This document shows, piece after piece, positions 14,103-26,960 of a stretch of 64,000 nucleotides of DNA (position 1 is the first letter of the stretch; each line of letters opens with the position of its first letter). The position numbers and the translations under genes were made by a program. Location of the stretch: assembly GCA_051362555.1 (NCBI GenBank), contig CM120642.1:3906001-3970000 (forward strand), in the 5' to 3' direction. The notes under the pieces were generated by a model that was given only the letters and a program-made list of their open reading frames with translations, was not told the DNA's origin and did not search any database. The stretch is from Lingula anatina. Taxonomy: Eukaryota; Animalia; Brachiopoda.

Positions 14103-14129
14103 CTTTTTGGATTCAACTTTAAACCTAAG
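14103..14129 (-). other. Candidate 27-nt microexon
   Basis: cttttattatattcag|CTTAGGTTTAAAGTTGAATCCAAAAAG|gtaagt; phase 0 reads LRFKVESKK. Confidence 0.3.
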
Positions 14130-15756
14130 CTGAATATAATAAAAGTAACTTCTGCATTAAATATATCCTATTTAAAAAATCACCTTGTTTAAGAAAAAAT
14201 CCTGAAATACTCCTTCACAACAATCAAGGTCTCTTGGTAGATATCCCTAAATCACAGACTTCAGTCTCTGAGGAGAAGAGTTCCTTTCCATTCAAATCAC
14301 TTTTTTTGTTCTCTATGCAGCAAATATGTTTCCATGGCAACAGTACATAAATATGCATGAGTGACAAGTCATGCTTTTGAACCAAGTCGACGCATCTATC
14401 CCGGCTTGCGCCCAAGACGCCTCAAATACTGATAGAATATTGATGGTTTGGGATTTCAGAGATGACAAAAGTGTAATTGCCATTCAATACACAGGACTTT
14501 TTAATTGATTCATTAATTAGTGTTATTGATATGGTTGTCTTTCGCCTCAATCTGCATTTTATTCATGTTGGTTGCAAGGCTTTATAAGACTCTAGCTGGT
14601 AACAAATGGCACATTTGTCAATTCTATACACTGGAATGCATTCTGTTCATTTTCTACTGTGATCCTTCTGCATGTACCAATGAACATTCTCAGCTAGCAT
14701 GCTGAAAGAGTGCATAATAATATTTTTTATGCTTACTCCCTTCCAGACATCAGATCTACCTTTATTCATGCATCACTTTGAATATCTTTCCGATTTCTAC
14801 AATTATCTATTGTGTCATAAGCATAAGATTGTTTCATATTTCCATCTCCTATGAGTAATGTACAAAGACTGGTATCTTTCATCAGTGTGTGACAAAAAAA
14901 AAAAAAATCTGCATTGTTGTTCGAAATTATTGTCTCTAAGAAACCATGACTCAGAGAAAGTTATATTTTATTGAACAATATGTTCTTACAGAAGCAGACA
15001 ATGATGGGTACATGAAGGGGGGGGGGGGGGGCGCAGAATTAATGTAGAGAAACTCTCCCTCCCCTTTCACCTTTGGAGGTACACCCCTCCCGAAAAGAAA
15101 AAAAAATAATAAAAATGGTACAATGGCCAAATGAGACAAAACCAAGCAATGATTTAAGCCTTGTGTCCCCATATTGTGACGGAATTATTCTCATCTACCG
15201 TTTCATATTTTCCAATTAAGTGAAGGGAGAAAATTCTTATCCTCCTCCAGTAAGCAAAATTCTGGATCTACCCCAATGACAGCCTCTATGAAATTTTTAT
15301 AACACAACACACAACCAAGAGAAATGCACTGGTTCTTATTAAGTTCTAAAACCACATAATGAAGTAAGACTATGAGATCAAAACTTGAAAGTACACACGT
15401 AACAAGAACATTGGATGTAATTTAATTGGTCATAACAACATGAAATGAAATGAGACTAATATATGAGAATGGAATTCTGCAAAATCACACGAAAGAAAGA
15501 CATTACCTGTAATTTGGTGGTAATATAACAAACAATGAAGTAAGACCATGAGAAGAGTACTTTGTCATTTAATTGTATTATGTTCCTCATTGCCTGCTGT
15601 GGTTTACAATTGGCTGTTCTTACAACATGCAATGAGGTAAGAACTAAGAGGTAGGAACACAGGAAAAGAACAGCACAAAAAAAAACTCCATGCAAATAAC
15701 TCAAAAAAAAAGAAGGAGAAAAGTTTTGTATGTATTTTCAGTGGACCAGCTGATGC

Positions 15757-15796
<40 letters not shown>

Positions 15797-17566
15797 TCAA
15801 TAACACTAAATTAGAAGTCCAATTAACTATGTAAAAACCTAAATCTATGTAAAATAAGACTGGTGCCTTACATACAGAGAACATGCAGGTATACAGCTGT
15901 AAGTAAACAATTAAGCTCATCATGTAATATGTACAACACCGTGCAAAACAACTGCTTTCATTTGTAATAGGTAATCAATACAGACAGTAAATTCCTTAAA
16001 ACAGAAATTTAGTGCCATTTGAGTTATCTAAAATGGACCAAATCAATCCTTTTACACTAAACATACTGCATCTAGGATATGTCTTTCACCAATGAACTCA
16101 AAAATGCAAATACAGGAACAAAAGCTACAAAGGTTCATGGCATAAAAACTCTGGCTGGATTTAACTGACAGATATTGGGAAGTTGAGTAACACCTTATAT
16201 AGGTTATAACCTGAGTATTTCATTCAAATAAACATGCAAATTTAAGAACTTTTAGGCCAATGACAAGTGGAAATTCAAGTTTCTCTGCTGTGGAAGAAAA
16301 AAATGAAGTAACAGCTAGATTAAACCAGCAATCAATAGTCATTACATAGACTACATACAGAAATAAAGGATATTAAAGAAAAAACAATAAGAAATAACAG
16401 CTCATTAATTACAGTAATTTTTCTGTCCTGAAAGACCTTTAAAAAACTACATGCCATCTTCTTCATAAATAAATATTTTTCTCTAGCTAAATTCAACCAG
16501 TATGAAAAATAACAGCAAACTAATGCATGCACTTTATTTGAAAATCCCTTCACTATTTTCTTCCAAAGGAGTATTTGAATACTTGATTCTAGAAAAAAAA
16601 ACTTTCACAAACTGCCCTTTGGGCAGATGGCACAATCCATGGCCATGTTGTAGGCCCAGGACCTCACTCACATATTGCTGTAGGTGTCCACTAAAGAAAA
16701 AAATATCAGCTTTTCCTTGGATTTTTGTCCTTTAAGTGTCCATAACAAACTTTTAGTTGAGAACATAGCCCCAAGGCAATTCTTAAAATGTCCTTGTTTT
16801 CACATGTGAATTCAAGTTTCTAATGTCATAATTGTGCAACAGCTTAAAAGAAATATGATGGAATCGACCAAAATGACAATTTCTAATAAGCAGGCACTGT
16901 TAAGATTGTATTTCTTTTATAAGTTCTTGAAATTTATTCCCATGCCTTTCAAAATATTTTGTTTCACACACACATGCACGCACACCAATTTAGATTCTTA
17001 AAAAAAGCTGGAATCCTGTACAAGTTGTGTTCAGACAAGGACCAGGTTATAGAACAAGACACACAGTAATACATCTTAGGCCAGTTTCCTGTTTAAAATA
17101 GTCTTGGTGTGAACACAACTTAATTATCCAGTATGCTTTTTCTATATCCTTCTAACATTTCTTTGATCAATCTGGGAAAGTTAATCACAAATTAATGAGA
17201 AATTACTTTGAAAAAAAAAAAAGATGAAGCAGTTTAGCTTGCAACTAGTCCAAAGCACATCTGGTACTTTAGTGCAGCCTCCTAATAAATTACGCAATCT
17301 TTTTGTTCAATCTAATAATCAGAGAATCCCACAAAGGCGGTTTGCTCTACAGTCTGTATTTTTGTATATTCCTTGTCAAAATGACACTGCTGTAATTTGC
17401 TTAAAATGTCAGCAATCAATTACCTACATTCCTGGAAAAAATGTTACATACATCTAGCCTCCTGTTTATCTTTTTTTCTTAAAAACCATAACTATACTCT
17501 AATATAGGCAATTTTCGAAAGATATCATGTAAAAAGCTAACACGTACTACATCTTTACATAAAGAA

Positions 17567-17784
17567 CGCTTGGCAGAATAAAAAGTTAACAGCACTTTTG
17601 CAGCATTATTACAGCAAACTAAAAGTTTGCAGCAAACAGTTTGCAAGAAAAATCTTATTGCTGTTAATTTGCAGCCGTATTGCAGCAAATGTGTTGTAAA
17701 TTTGCAAGATGGAATTGCAGTTTGCAGCATAACTGCAGCAAAATTGCTGCAAATTTGCAGCAGGCCTGATATTTTGCCCAGGGA
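17567..17784. mobile_element. Non-autonomous element with internal TTGCAGCAAA-type repeats
   Basis: Many TTGCAGCA/TGCTGCAA motifs in both orientations; ends CGCTTGGCAGAATA and TATTTTGCCCAGGG are degenerate inverted repeats. Confidence 0.55.
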
Positions 17785-18457
17785 AGCAGAAAGCTTGCCA
17801 GAAAGATGTGCAACATGTCACTCACTATCCAGAATTCTTTACTAGCACTTATTGGACATTTCCTGTATCTGACCCAACTATCAGGAACACCCGATATCTA
17901 ATAAAAATGTTGACGAGGCAAATTAATGCAGTCAATTTTCAGGAATAGCTGTAGATAGATTAAATATGCCAGCGTTTCACTCATCTGTCTCCTGGGAGGA
18001 GATGAGCTTCCATTGATCTCGGAAAGGTCATTGGGGATTTACTTTAAGAAACAAAAGTTACCCGTGACATTGTTCTAGGAAAATCTCCTAATTCACTGGA
18101 AAGCCCAAGAATTAGATAAACGGGGAGTTATGGAGTGCAGGAATGAAACAGATGCACTGCAGATGAATCTTCATATACTGGGTACTGAAGAATTCTCATA
18201 GATTGTGCCAAAGATATAACAGATTCAAACAAAATTTCAAATACAACAAAATTAGCCAAATGAAACAAACAAACATAAATTAATAAATGAGCAATGCTGA
18301 CCCTACTTTCACAAAAAAACTTGTGTTGAGTTCCCTGACAAAGAGCTTGGTTACCAACGTAAGTCCATACGTCACTAAGTCTCATTTCATGAAAAATCTA
18401 AAAGGCTGCTTACTTCGTTTTTTTCTTAGCTGCTAGTTGAGGAAGCCTAACCTCCTA

Positions 18458-18591
18458 GGCCCCGTAACTCGAAAACATCGCGTATTGCGAATAGTGATAT
18501 CACATAGAGGCTACAATGAATTATATGGGGCGAGTATGGTCGAGTTATGGAATTGAGACACTTGCGCTCGGTCGCAATGCTTTCGAGTTTC
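18458..18591. mobile_element. Short CpG-rich MITE-like insertion
   Basis: AACTCGAAAACATCGCG and CGCAATGCTTTCGAGTT are inverted repeats (15/17 match); dense CpG relative to the flanks; an A-run abuts the right end. Confidence 0.6.
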
Positions 18592-20137
18592 AAAAAAAAA
18601 AAAAAAACTGCCTGGAACCTATTTGAAGTACTTATTATTATGATGAATAGATGTTCAGATAATAACAATGTTCATTTCTGCATTAATTTATTTGCTAAGG
18701 AAAAATTCTAATGTGCATAACCCCCTTAAGTTGTCAATCTCTCCGCACCATTTGAAAAAGCCTTTAAGTAGGGCATAATACTATGATAAGGTTTATTTGG
18801 GTTCATATCTGAGGGACTGTGGAAGTATTCTATTCATACCTACTTGAATGAAGTCAAAAGTAAAAGATGTGTTGGCATTCATTAGGTGTGTGTGAAAGTT
18901 ATATTCCAAAGTTTCTCAATGGAAAGTAAAAGAGATAAACATGAAAAATGTTATTTTGGCTAGTAATATGTAATAAATATCTGACTGAAACTGAATAAAG
19001 CCACCTTTTTGATTTTGGAACTAAGACTGCAGTTCTGTTGTTTCTGACACCGGCATCGGTCGCTGATAATACTGCTCAATTCTGTACTTCAATCTGGCTC
19101 CCGTACTACCACTCACTTGGGTGAGCACCACGCCATTCACTCTTTACTAACACTGATCAGGATCTAGAATAAACCCAACAATGTCAAACTATTCCCCAAG
19201 GGCTGAAAGCTTAGACTGCACTGTACACCACATCTAAAGGCAAATTGCGTCTCTCTTTTTATTTCATCCTTGCTCGAATTTGTTTCAGTTTTGTCTAGCT
19301 TGGCCTATAGTCCATTAGAGCCAATTCTTTGTGAATAGATCTTCCCTGGTCAGATTTCAAAGCAACTCAGGCAACACTATGGATACCTCTGTAGTAAATT
19401 ATGGGCACGTTCACAAATATCTCAATTGGATTTTTTCTTAAGCAAAGTATATTGTTAAATTAATTACAATAAGTGTTTATGGATATTCACTATATACATG
19501 TGTATACATTATCCATCTGATCATAAGGGAGAAATGTCTAATCAGGCTTTCATCATGGACTGCAAGTGATTCAAATGACTCTAGTCTGAACACGACTGGC
19601 AAAGTTTCCATTACGCAGAATTCTGGTGAAGTTTATTTCAAAATCTAAGACTGAATCAAATTTCTAAATAATTTTGAAAAAATAAATCTTGGAATTTTGT
19701 TTTTCACGCTGCAAAAAGAATAAAAATAAATTTTTTAAAGTGAATATGATAAATGCATGAGATCTGCTCTCTGATTTTCTTCCTATTCCTCTATACAATA
19801 GGGACTGTTCTGGAACTAAAATACTACATACAGTTCTATCAGTTACACTGTCACATACAGGAACACTAAACAAAATTTTAAAAAGAAAAAAGAGGGGAAA
19901 ATTGGGAACATGAAAACCAATAAGAACCGAAAAAATTGTCTACCTTATAAAAATTAATCCAACATTTACCAACAGTCCTCATTTTATGAATTAATTCTTA
20001 GAAAAAATACGCACCTCTTCCATGTCATTCAAACAATTTTTCAAGTAAAATATCCAACATATGTAATCCATCTATCAATCAGTTTTTACCTGTTAAACCT
20101 ATGTCCTTCTCCCCAGAAATGGCCATCCAGTACTTAC

Positions 20138-20152
20138 CTTATACACGTGTAG
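20138..20152 (-). other. Candidate 15-nt microexon
   Basis: ccttgctgcctacag|CTACACGTGTATAAG|gtaagt; UGC motifs next to the acceptor and TGCATG further upstream. Confidence 0.3.
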
Positions 20153-23100
20153 CTGTAGGCAGCAAGGTCTGGGCTGTCCTGTCATGCAACTCATTAACTT
20201 AATTAAGTATGTTTTTTAAGCAGCCTTGAGTGTCTTTACTCCTGGAGGCTGGTAATATGCTACCTATAAAATGTCCAGGTTAAAAAAGCTGTCTCCATAC
20301 ATAATTATACATGAAAAAAATTGCATTCCTTTTACATACCTGGTCATGTACCCAACTTGTTGCTGCGGTAATTCTTCAATAAATTCAAACATCATGAATT
20401 AATAATTATCCTCTCTTCGCTTCTCCAAGAAAAGTTTAGTTAGTGACACTTTTAAAAATGTTGATTCAGAGGTTTTGAAAAGTTGGTTGATTTTGTGGTA
20501 GAAATTAGAAAAATTTAGTGATTGTCTCAAACTAAAAGATCAAACTAAAAAAAGTAAACTATTAGCAAAAAATTGAGGAGTTTGAAATTTTAAGGAATTA
20601 CCACAGCTCCTGTTTGAATTATACATGCCTTGTGTTCCACTTATTGGAAAGTAATATCCCTGCGCCAACATCCCCCTAATAGACTTCTCTTGTAGCGAGG
20701 AAATCAAATGCCAGAGTGGAGACATTTTGTTTATCTCTCTCTTAATCCCAGCATCAAGGTGTGAAATAAAGCCAGTACAAACATGAATTTCTACCTGTCA
20801 AGAGCCGCCTGTGTTTTATTTTTAATTCAAGGGCAACTACTTAGAGCTGACCTCTAGTCCGTCTAGTCACACAATCGTTAAAGCATAACCCTGGCCAACT
20901 TTATTTCCTTGCAGTGACAGCAAGAACCTGCCTGACATTTTGTCCTTATTCTACCTTCAAGGGACCGAGTGTCATTCTTTGAATGCCTTTTTTCTGACCA
21001 TTATTGTGTGCTTGAAAAGTATGACCCTGAGGCAATAATAATTTCTTTATGTTCCAAGTCACTGTATTGATTAAATGTGTTTTGGGTATCATTTTTAAGA
21101 ACAGGAATTTTATTTGTTTTTGTTGCGTGTGTGCACATTGCATGTGAACTGTTAGGAACCTTCAAACAATGGACACATAAGTTTTGACCTGTCAACATCA
21201 AGATTTGTATTTCACAAAAAAAAATATTAATAATTTTCTTGCTTAAATCATCAAAATCTGAGATCAGGGCTCAGATTCCAGAGAGTTGCGTGCCCTACTC
21301 TTAATGCACACTAATCTGAAATTATTGATTTAATTTGGGCACTAAGCTTATTACTTTCCTAGTTTCCAGACCAACTTAAACCCTTTCATGCAATTTACCA
21401 ATCAATCTAAGCAGGTAGAAAACTTCCAGCTGAAAGCAAACAAATAATGAAAAAAAAGTAAATTATTTTGGAGCACCTGAGATGACTTTTACATGGATCT
21501 TGTTCTAATCCTTTATCAATTAGCCCTCTATATTGAAGGAGGGAGGGGAGGATAGGTAAAAGGAATCCATTTCCCTTTTAGTTATAGTTCTGCAAAGGGT
21601 ATATTGTTCACTAAATGCAATATTTTTTCAAAAAAAATCTCTGTTGGTTGATCAGAAAAGCATGCTAATGGTCTCCTTCAGCAGAACCCTAGTCTATTAG
21701 ATAGTAAAAAGAGAGAAGGACATCCCTGAGGCCTATTTCACAAAAAAAATTTAACCCCCAAATTTGTACAAGATAACAGTGGTTTATCTTGACACAGTGG
21801 GCCATAGCCTCCCCCCCCCCCCCTTACCTTCAGAGATACCCCTTTCTACTCCAATGCTCCCCCCCCCAAAAAAAAAAAAGAGTAAAACAAATAAAAGGGG
21901 ACAAAAAAAAAAAATAAAATAAAAATAAACTTGGCCATCCCTGTGCTCACTGTGTCTGTAAAACTGCCTTTTCATTCTTGTACCCCCCCTCCACACACAC
22001 ACACACACACAATTCAGTGGATTAATTCTTTTTTAACTGGACCCTATGGGTTAATCTTAAACTGAAGTAGGCTGAAGTTTTGCCAACTTTCATGCTGAAA
22101 ATCTTTTAAGAACTACAGCCTAGAGGGGCTTGCTGGAATGGCTACAAGAGTGCAGTGTTACTGAGACAATATTGACAGAGCTATTACCAACTCTTGGAAT
22201 TCAGTTCTGCCGTCTGGTTATCACTCTGGATGCAGAACGTTTAACTAATTTCAGGGTGGGCCATAAAAAAATCAACATTTACATTCCAAATAAAAGTTTG
22301 TTGTAAGATTGAATTTGTTGTTGCTTTTAAGATAAAAGTCTGATTTTTGGTTAAGTCAATCTGACAGCAGTCATGATGTAGGCAATTAATCTGTAAGGAA
22401 GTTTGTAAAGTTGTTTGTAATGAAAATATTAACTCTCTTTTAAAAGTTCTCTTCCTTTTGTATCAGAGCTTTGTACAGCTGGAATAAGGTGGCATGCTGC
22501 TTATTTTCATGTAATCTCCTAAAAAAGCAGTTAATTTTTCATAAGAACCTATTGAGCGATTAAATTCAATTTTTTTTGTCAGAAATAACAATTTCGTAAA
22601 CAAGAAGTCCAGACACTGGACCTGTTTATGTACCCTGTGTATCAAAGTCTTCTGAAAACAGGTGGGATAGAGTGATGTCAAAAGTGTTCTGAAATTCAGG
22701 GGTTTTCACATGGGGTTTTCAGCCTACCTCTGCCATATACTAGAAACCACAGAGGCACATACTGATAGTGGGGTAGGGGGGGGGGGGGGGATTCAGTGAC
22801 CTCTTCAACTCTGGGCAATGGCAACAGAAGACCAATCAAATTATTCCTCGCTTTGATTCCTAGATCAAATCACGGAGGATCTCAAAGGTACAGCACAAAG
22901 ATCCGAGTTTCTGTTCCAACATATCCCTTCTCAATCAGGGAATCAATACATCAGATCAGGGCAAGTCTTAATCAATAAGCCAGTGACTTCATACTGATTT
23001 AATCCACAGACTCATTACCAGGATTTCCTCCCCACTTCCACTGCACAATCAGCTATTATGCAATTAATTGGGTAATTTAGGGTTCAGACAATCCGAAGTG

Positions 23101-24808
23101 AGGGCAAGGCATGCCATTATTAAATGATCTGTGATATTGCTTTCATTATCAATTAGTTTCACTATCACTTTTGCTTCTGCTACTGCGCTGTGAGAGATGG
23201 ATCTGATGGTGAAATTTTAGCCAATTATCTCTGCAAAGGTGGTTTGATTTTAGGGTCCATTTATTTGTCTGTCAGCTCATCTGCTCTTCTGTTTATTTAC
23301 TAGCAGCATGGTTATAAAAATATTCAGTAAATTTCCAAAGTTTTTTTATAGACCTGACTGAAAATTAAGAATCTATTCTGAAAATTCAATACTGAAGAAA
23401 GCATTTTAACGTTTTATGGCTTATTCATATGTTACTTTTCACTTTGCAAGTATGTGTGTATTTTTGTGGGTGCACATGTGTTAGAAATGATGATTCTAAT
23501 ACAATAAACTTTCTATTTTTGTATGTTCCATCATCTACTTTAATCCAGACATCTCTGGGGTCCAATCACGTAAAGTACCTGTAATTACACAAATTAAAAA
23601 AAATCATGTGAAATGGGAGCATTCTGACATTCCCATATGTCTTGTTTTTGCCAATAATTATTCCCATAATTACCATAACAGGCAAATCATCTTTTCAAAA
23701 GTGACAGGCAGCCAAATGTCAACTCTTCAACTTGATGGGCCCAGAGTGTCCACTATTTGACTGTGATGGTTTCAAATTTAGCCACATGTGTGTGTGTGTA
23801 CTCACTGGTCAGATAACCACTTGACCAATTACAGTTGTACCACAGAAACTGACCAGTGACACTGAATAAGGGTCTGCTACATGTATATATGCCTTTTAAG
23901 GGACTGACTGGCCAATTTGCTGAAGTCTGTTAATGTCTCTAGTATATAAATAGTAGAATGTTTAAGCAGCATGCATCTCGTAGCCAAAAAATGCATGGCA
24001 CAGTGACCAATTATCTCTGAGTCAGCTCAGTCGTGGCACATTATACAAACCAGTAAAATGGGCGAGACAAAACCTTCACTCCATTTCCCATTTTACCATA
24101 GTCACCATTACATCTGTAGAGAATAAAATGAGCCAAGGGTCACTACCAGTGCCATGCAAGCCTACCTTATACATGAACCCTAAACCTAAGTTCAAGTCCT
24201 AAAATTTCAGAAATATTTCCAATAAATGCCTTTTTTATGTTGTCATCTATTTTCTCACTGCCCCCCCTGCACTCCTGCATTCAATAACCCCCAACTCCTG
24301 AGTTAACAAGCGTCTCATCTAGCCTGCCTAACTGCAATTTCAATATTTCTCCTTGATATCTTACATTCTTTTCAGTCTTAAATAAAGTAACTACAGGTCC
24401 CCATTAAAAGGTGTCTGGTCTGCCACATAATCTGCCTGCATACAGTCAGGAAAAGTCTGGCCGAGACACCTGAGAAATTGAGCTGTGCACGCCACCTGTC
24501 ATCTGAGCTGGAGATGCTGGTGCTTTTCTTTAGTTCAGACTCCTTGTCCATGATAGGTATTAAAAACAACCTCTCTCTCTTCTTTTTTGAGAAATGGTGT
24601 TGTTAAAACCACTGATTTTTAGTTTTAGTGAATATATTATCATGCTCAAGGTTTATTTGTGAACGAGTGCAACCTATAATTGATATATTATCTATATTGA
24701 TTGGATATATCTTTAATAAACAGATTTGATCAATTTTGAAATTTTCATTTCCTTCACATGTTTCTATTCTTGACAGTGCACTGTTTGAACTGAAAAATTG
24801 CCCCCCCC

Positions 24809-24841
<33 letters not shown>

Positions 24842-26289
24842 GATTTTAATGCACCTGGCCAACACATTGGAAGAGACAGGTGAGAGCAGAAAGTTTTGAA
24901 AAACAGTATATGATTTTTTTTTAGTTTCCTGAAATTTTTGTCTGACAAATTGCAAATATGGAGATTAAGTGCTGAAACAATATTTTTACTCTTCGGCTCT
25001 TTACAATAAACAACCTAGTGAAAAACTTAACAGAGTACTGAATAACCATTCACCAAGTAGTAAATTCTAGTAAAACACTTCTGCTCCAGTGAGTTGACTC
25101 GCATGATCTGTTTTATTCCATTTGGAGCATTACCATGTGCTGCCTGAATTTCCATGCAAAACATGAAGAGCGGCGAACATTTTTCCTTCTATACTCTGTT
25201 TAACACATTATTTCCTGTCCATTTCCTGAGACCTGACTATGATTCTAGGGGTATTAATGAAGGATTACCATAATCAATACCGGCAAATTGATATAATAGT
25301 GGCGTAGTCTGCACAGACACCCTCTGATCTCTGTCATGTCATTGGGAAAGCAGACTTTCAAATTGCCCATTTGCAAAGAATATATCCAATCAATAGGATC
25401 AGCCTAAAGTACATGGAGTACAGTCTGGACTTAAATACCCTTTTTTGTTGATATTTAAGATAACTTTAAAAACCATACAAAGAAACATCCTTTTTCTCAA
25501 ATGGAACACAAAAATAACTTAATGTTAAAATGAATGGTTTTAAAGTAACAATTTTCTTGGCCATCTATTTTATTTATACTAATTTCCACTCATTTTTACT
25601 GCTGGGTATTTCCAGTGTATAATTTGCAGCAAAATTTGTCAAACTAGATTGCTGCTTACAGACTTGCTTACACCGTCTTGTTATATGACCCACATTTCCC
25701 TATGGCGCCATCTAGACAATTGACCAGACAGCACCTATCACGCATCGCACCAGCGTGCATGAAGTGGAGTTCAAAAATTGGCAACTTATTAGATATTTCT
25801 TGACCATAACCACATTACATCTGCTGTGAAAAATCTCTTAGCATTAAAAAATGACATGTTGATGCAATTTTGTTGCACTGAGCCAATAAACATTCCGTTC
25901 TGCATGGTATCTTCTTTCTCAACTTCAGTGAATTCTAGATTCCCACAGAGCAAAGACTGCTAAAAGCACAATTTGATTAATACACTGGAATTCTTGTAAA
26001 GATTATCTGAGTGCACACTTAAGTTCAACAGGGCTGCCTTTTGTACATGATGTTTTTTTCTATTTCAAAGTAGTCTTTATAAAATAACAACATTTAAAAA
26101 AATCATTATCACCCAATAATTTCCAAAGATATGAATTAAGGCACCAACAGCATAAGCTTGGCTACTAGAAAGAGCACAACAAACAAACAAAGTCTCCACC
26201 AAAATGTCACTATATCCAACTCATCAAAAACAGTCTTTATGGTAAATCAAGAGGCAAAAACAGAAGTACTCTCACTGATCACACTCCTC

Positions 26290-26960
26290 CCCATTACAGG
26301 CACCAATGACAAAAGCACTGTCAGAAAAAAATCCACAAGTCACCACTTTCGGCACCCTGACATACAGAGGCTCCAGCTTTAGCCTTTACAGACCACTTCC
26401 AGGGAAATTTACACAAGCATTATACATACAGATAATATAGTCTCCAATTCAGGCACAAATAAAATAGACCTAAACACCAGTTCTCAGAGTTCAGGTGCTA
26501 ACAGGCACCATCAGAAATACACCAATTCTCAAAGTTTAGGCACCAATAACATATATTGGTACCATCAGCAAAAACACCAGTTCTCAGAGTTTAAGCACCA
26601 GTAACATAGGTACCATCAGCAAAAACACCAGTTCTCAGAGTTAAAGAACCAATAACATAGGTACCATCAGAAAAACAACACCAGTTCTCAGAGTTCAGGC
26701 ACCAATAACATAGCTACCATCAGGAATAACACCGGTTCTCAGAGTTCAGGCACCAATAACATAGGTACCATCAGGAAAAACACCAGTTCTCAGAGCTTAG
26801 ACACCAATTACATAGGTACCATCAGCAACCACAGTGTTCCTCAGTCTTCAGGCAACTATAATGTCTTGAGACACCATCAGCCTAGAAATCAATTTCCAGT
26901 TCTGGAAGCAACATTACAGGCACCATCAGCACATATTCCAGTTCTGTCACCAGAAACCAA
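26290..26960. repeat. Minisatellite, ~51-bp unit, about 7 good copies at 26470-26830 with degenerate flanks
   Basis: Repeated AACACCAGTTCTCAGAGTTCAGGCACCAATAACATAGGTACCATCAG. Confidence 0.9.

Noticed and set aside
17479-17845. Overlapping C/Q/A-rich ORFs
   Set aside because: Produced by the TTGCAGCA repeat element.
26470-26830. Regularly spaced repeats resembling a CRISPR array
   Set aside because: The intervening sequences are themselves repeated (no unique spacers), the context is eukaryotic and there are no cas genes.
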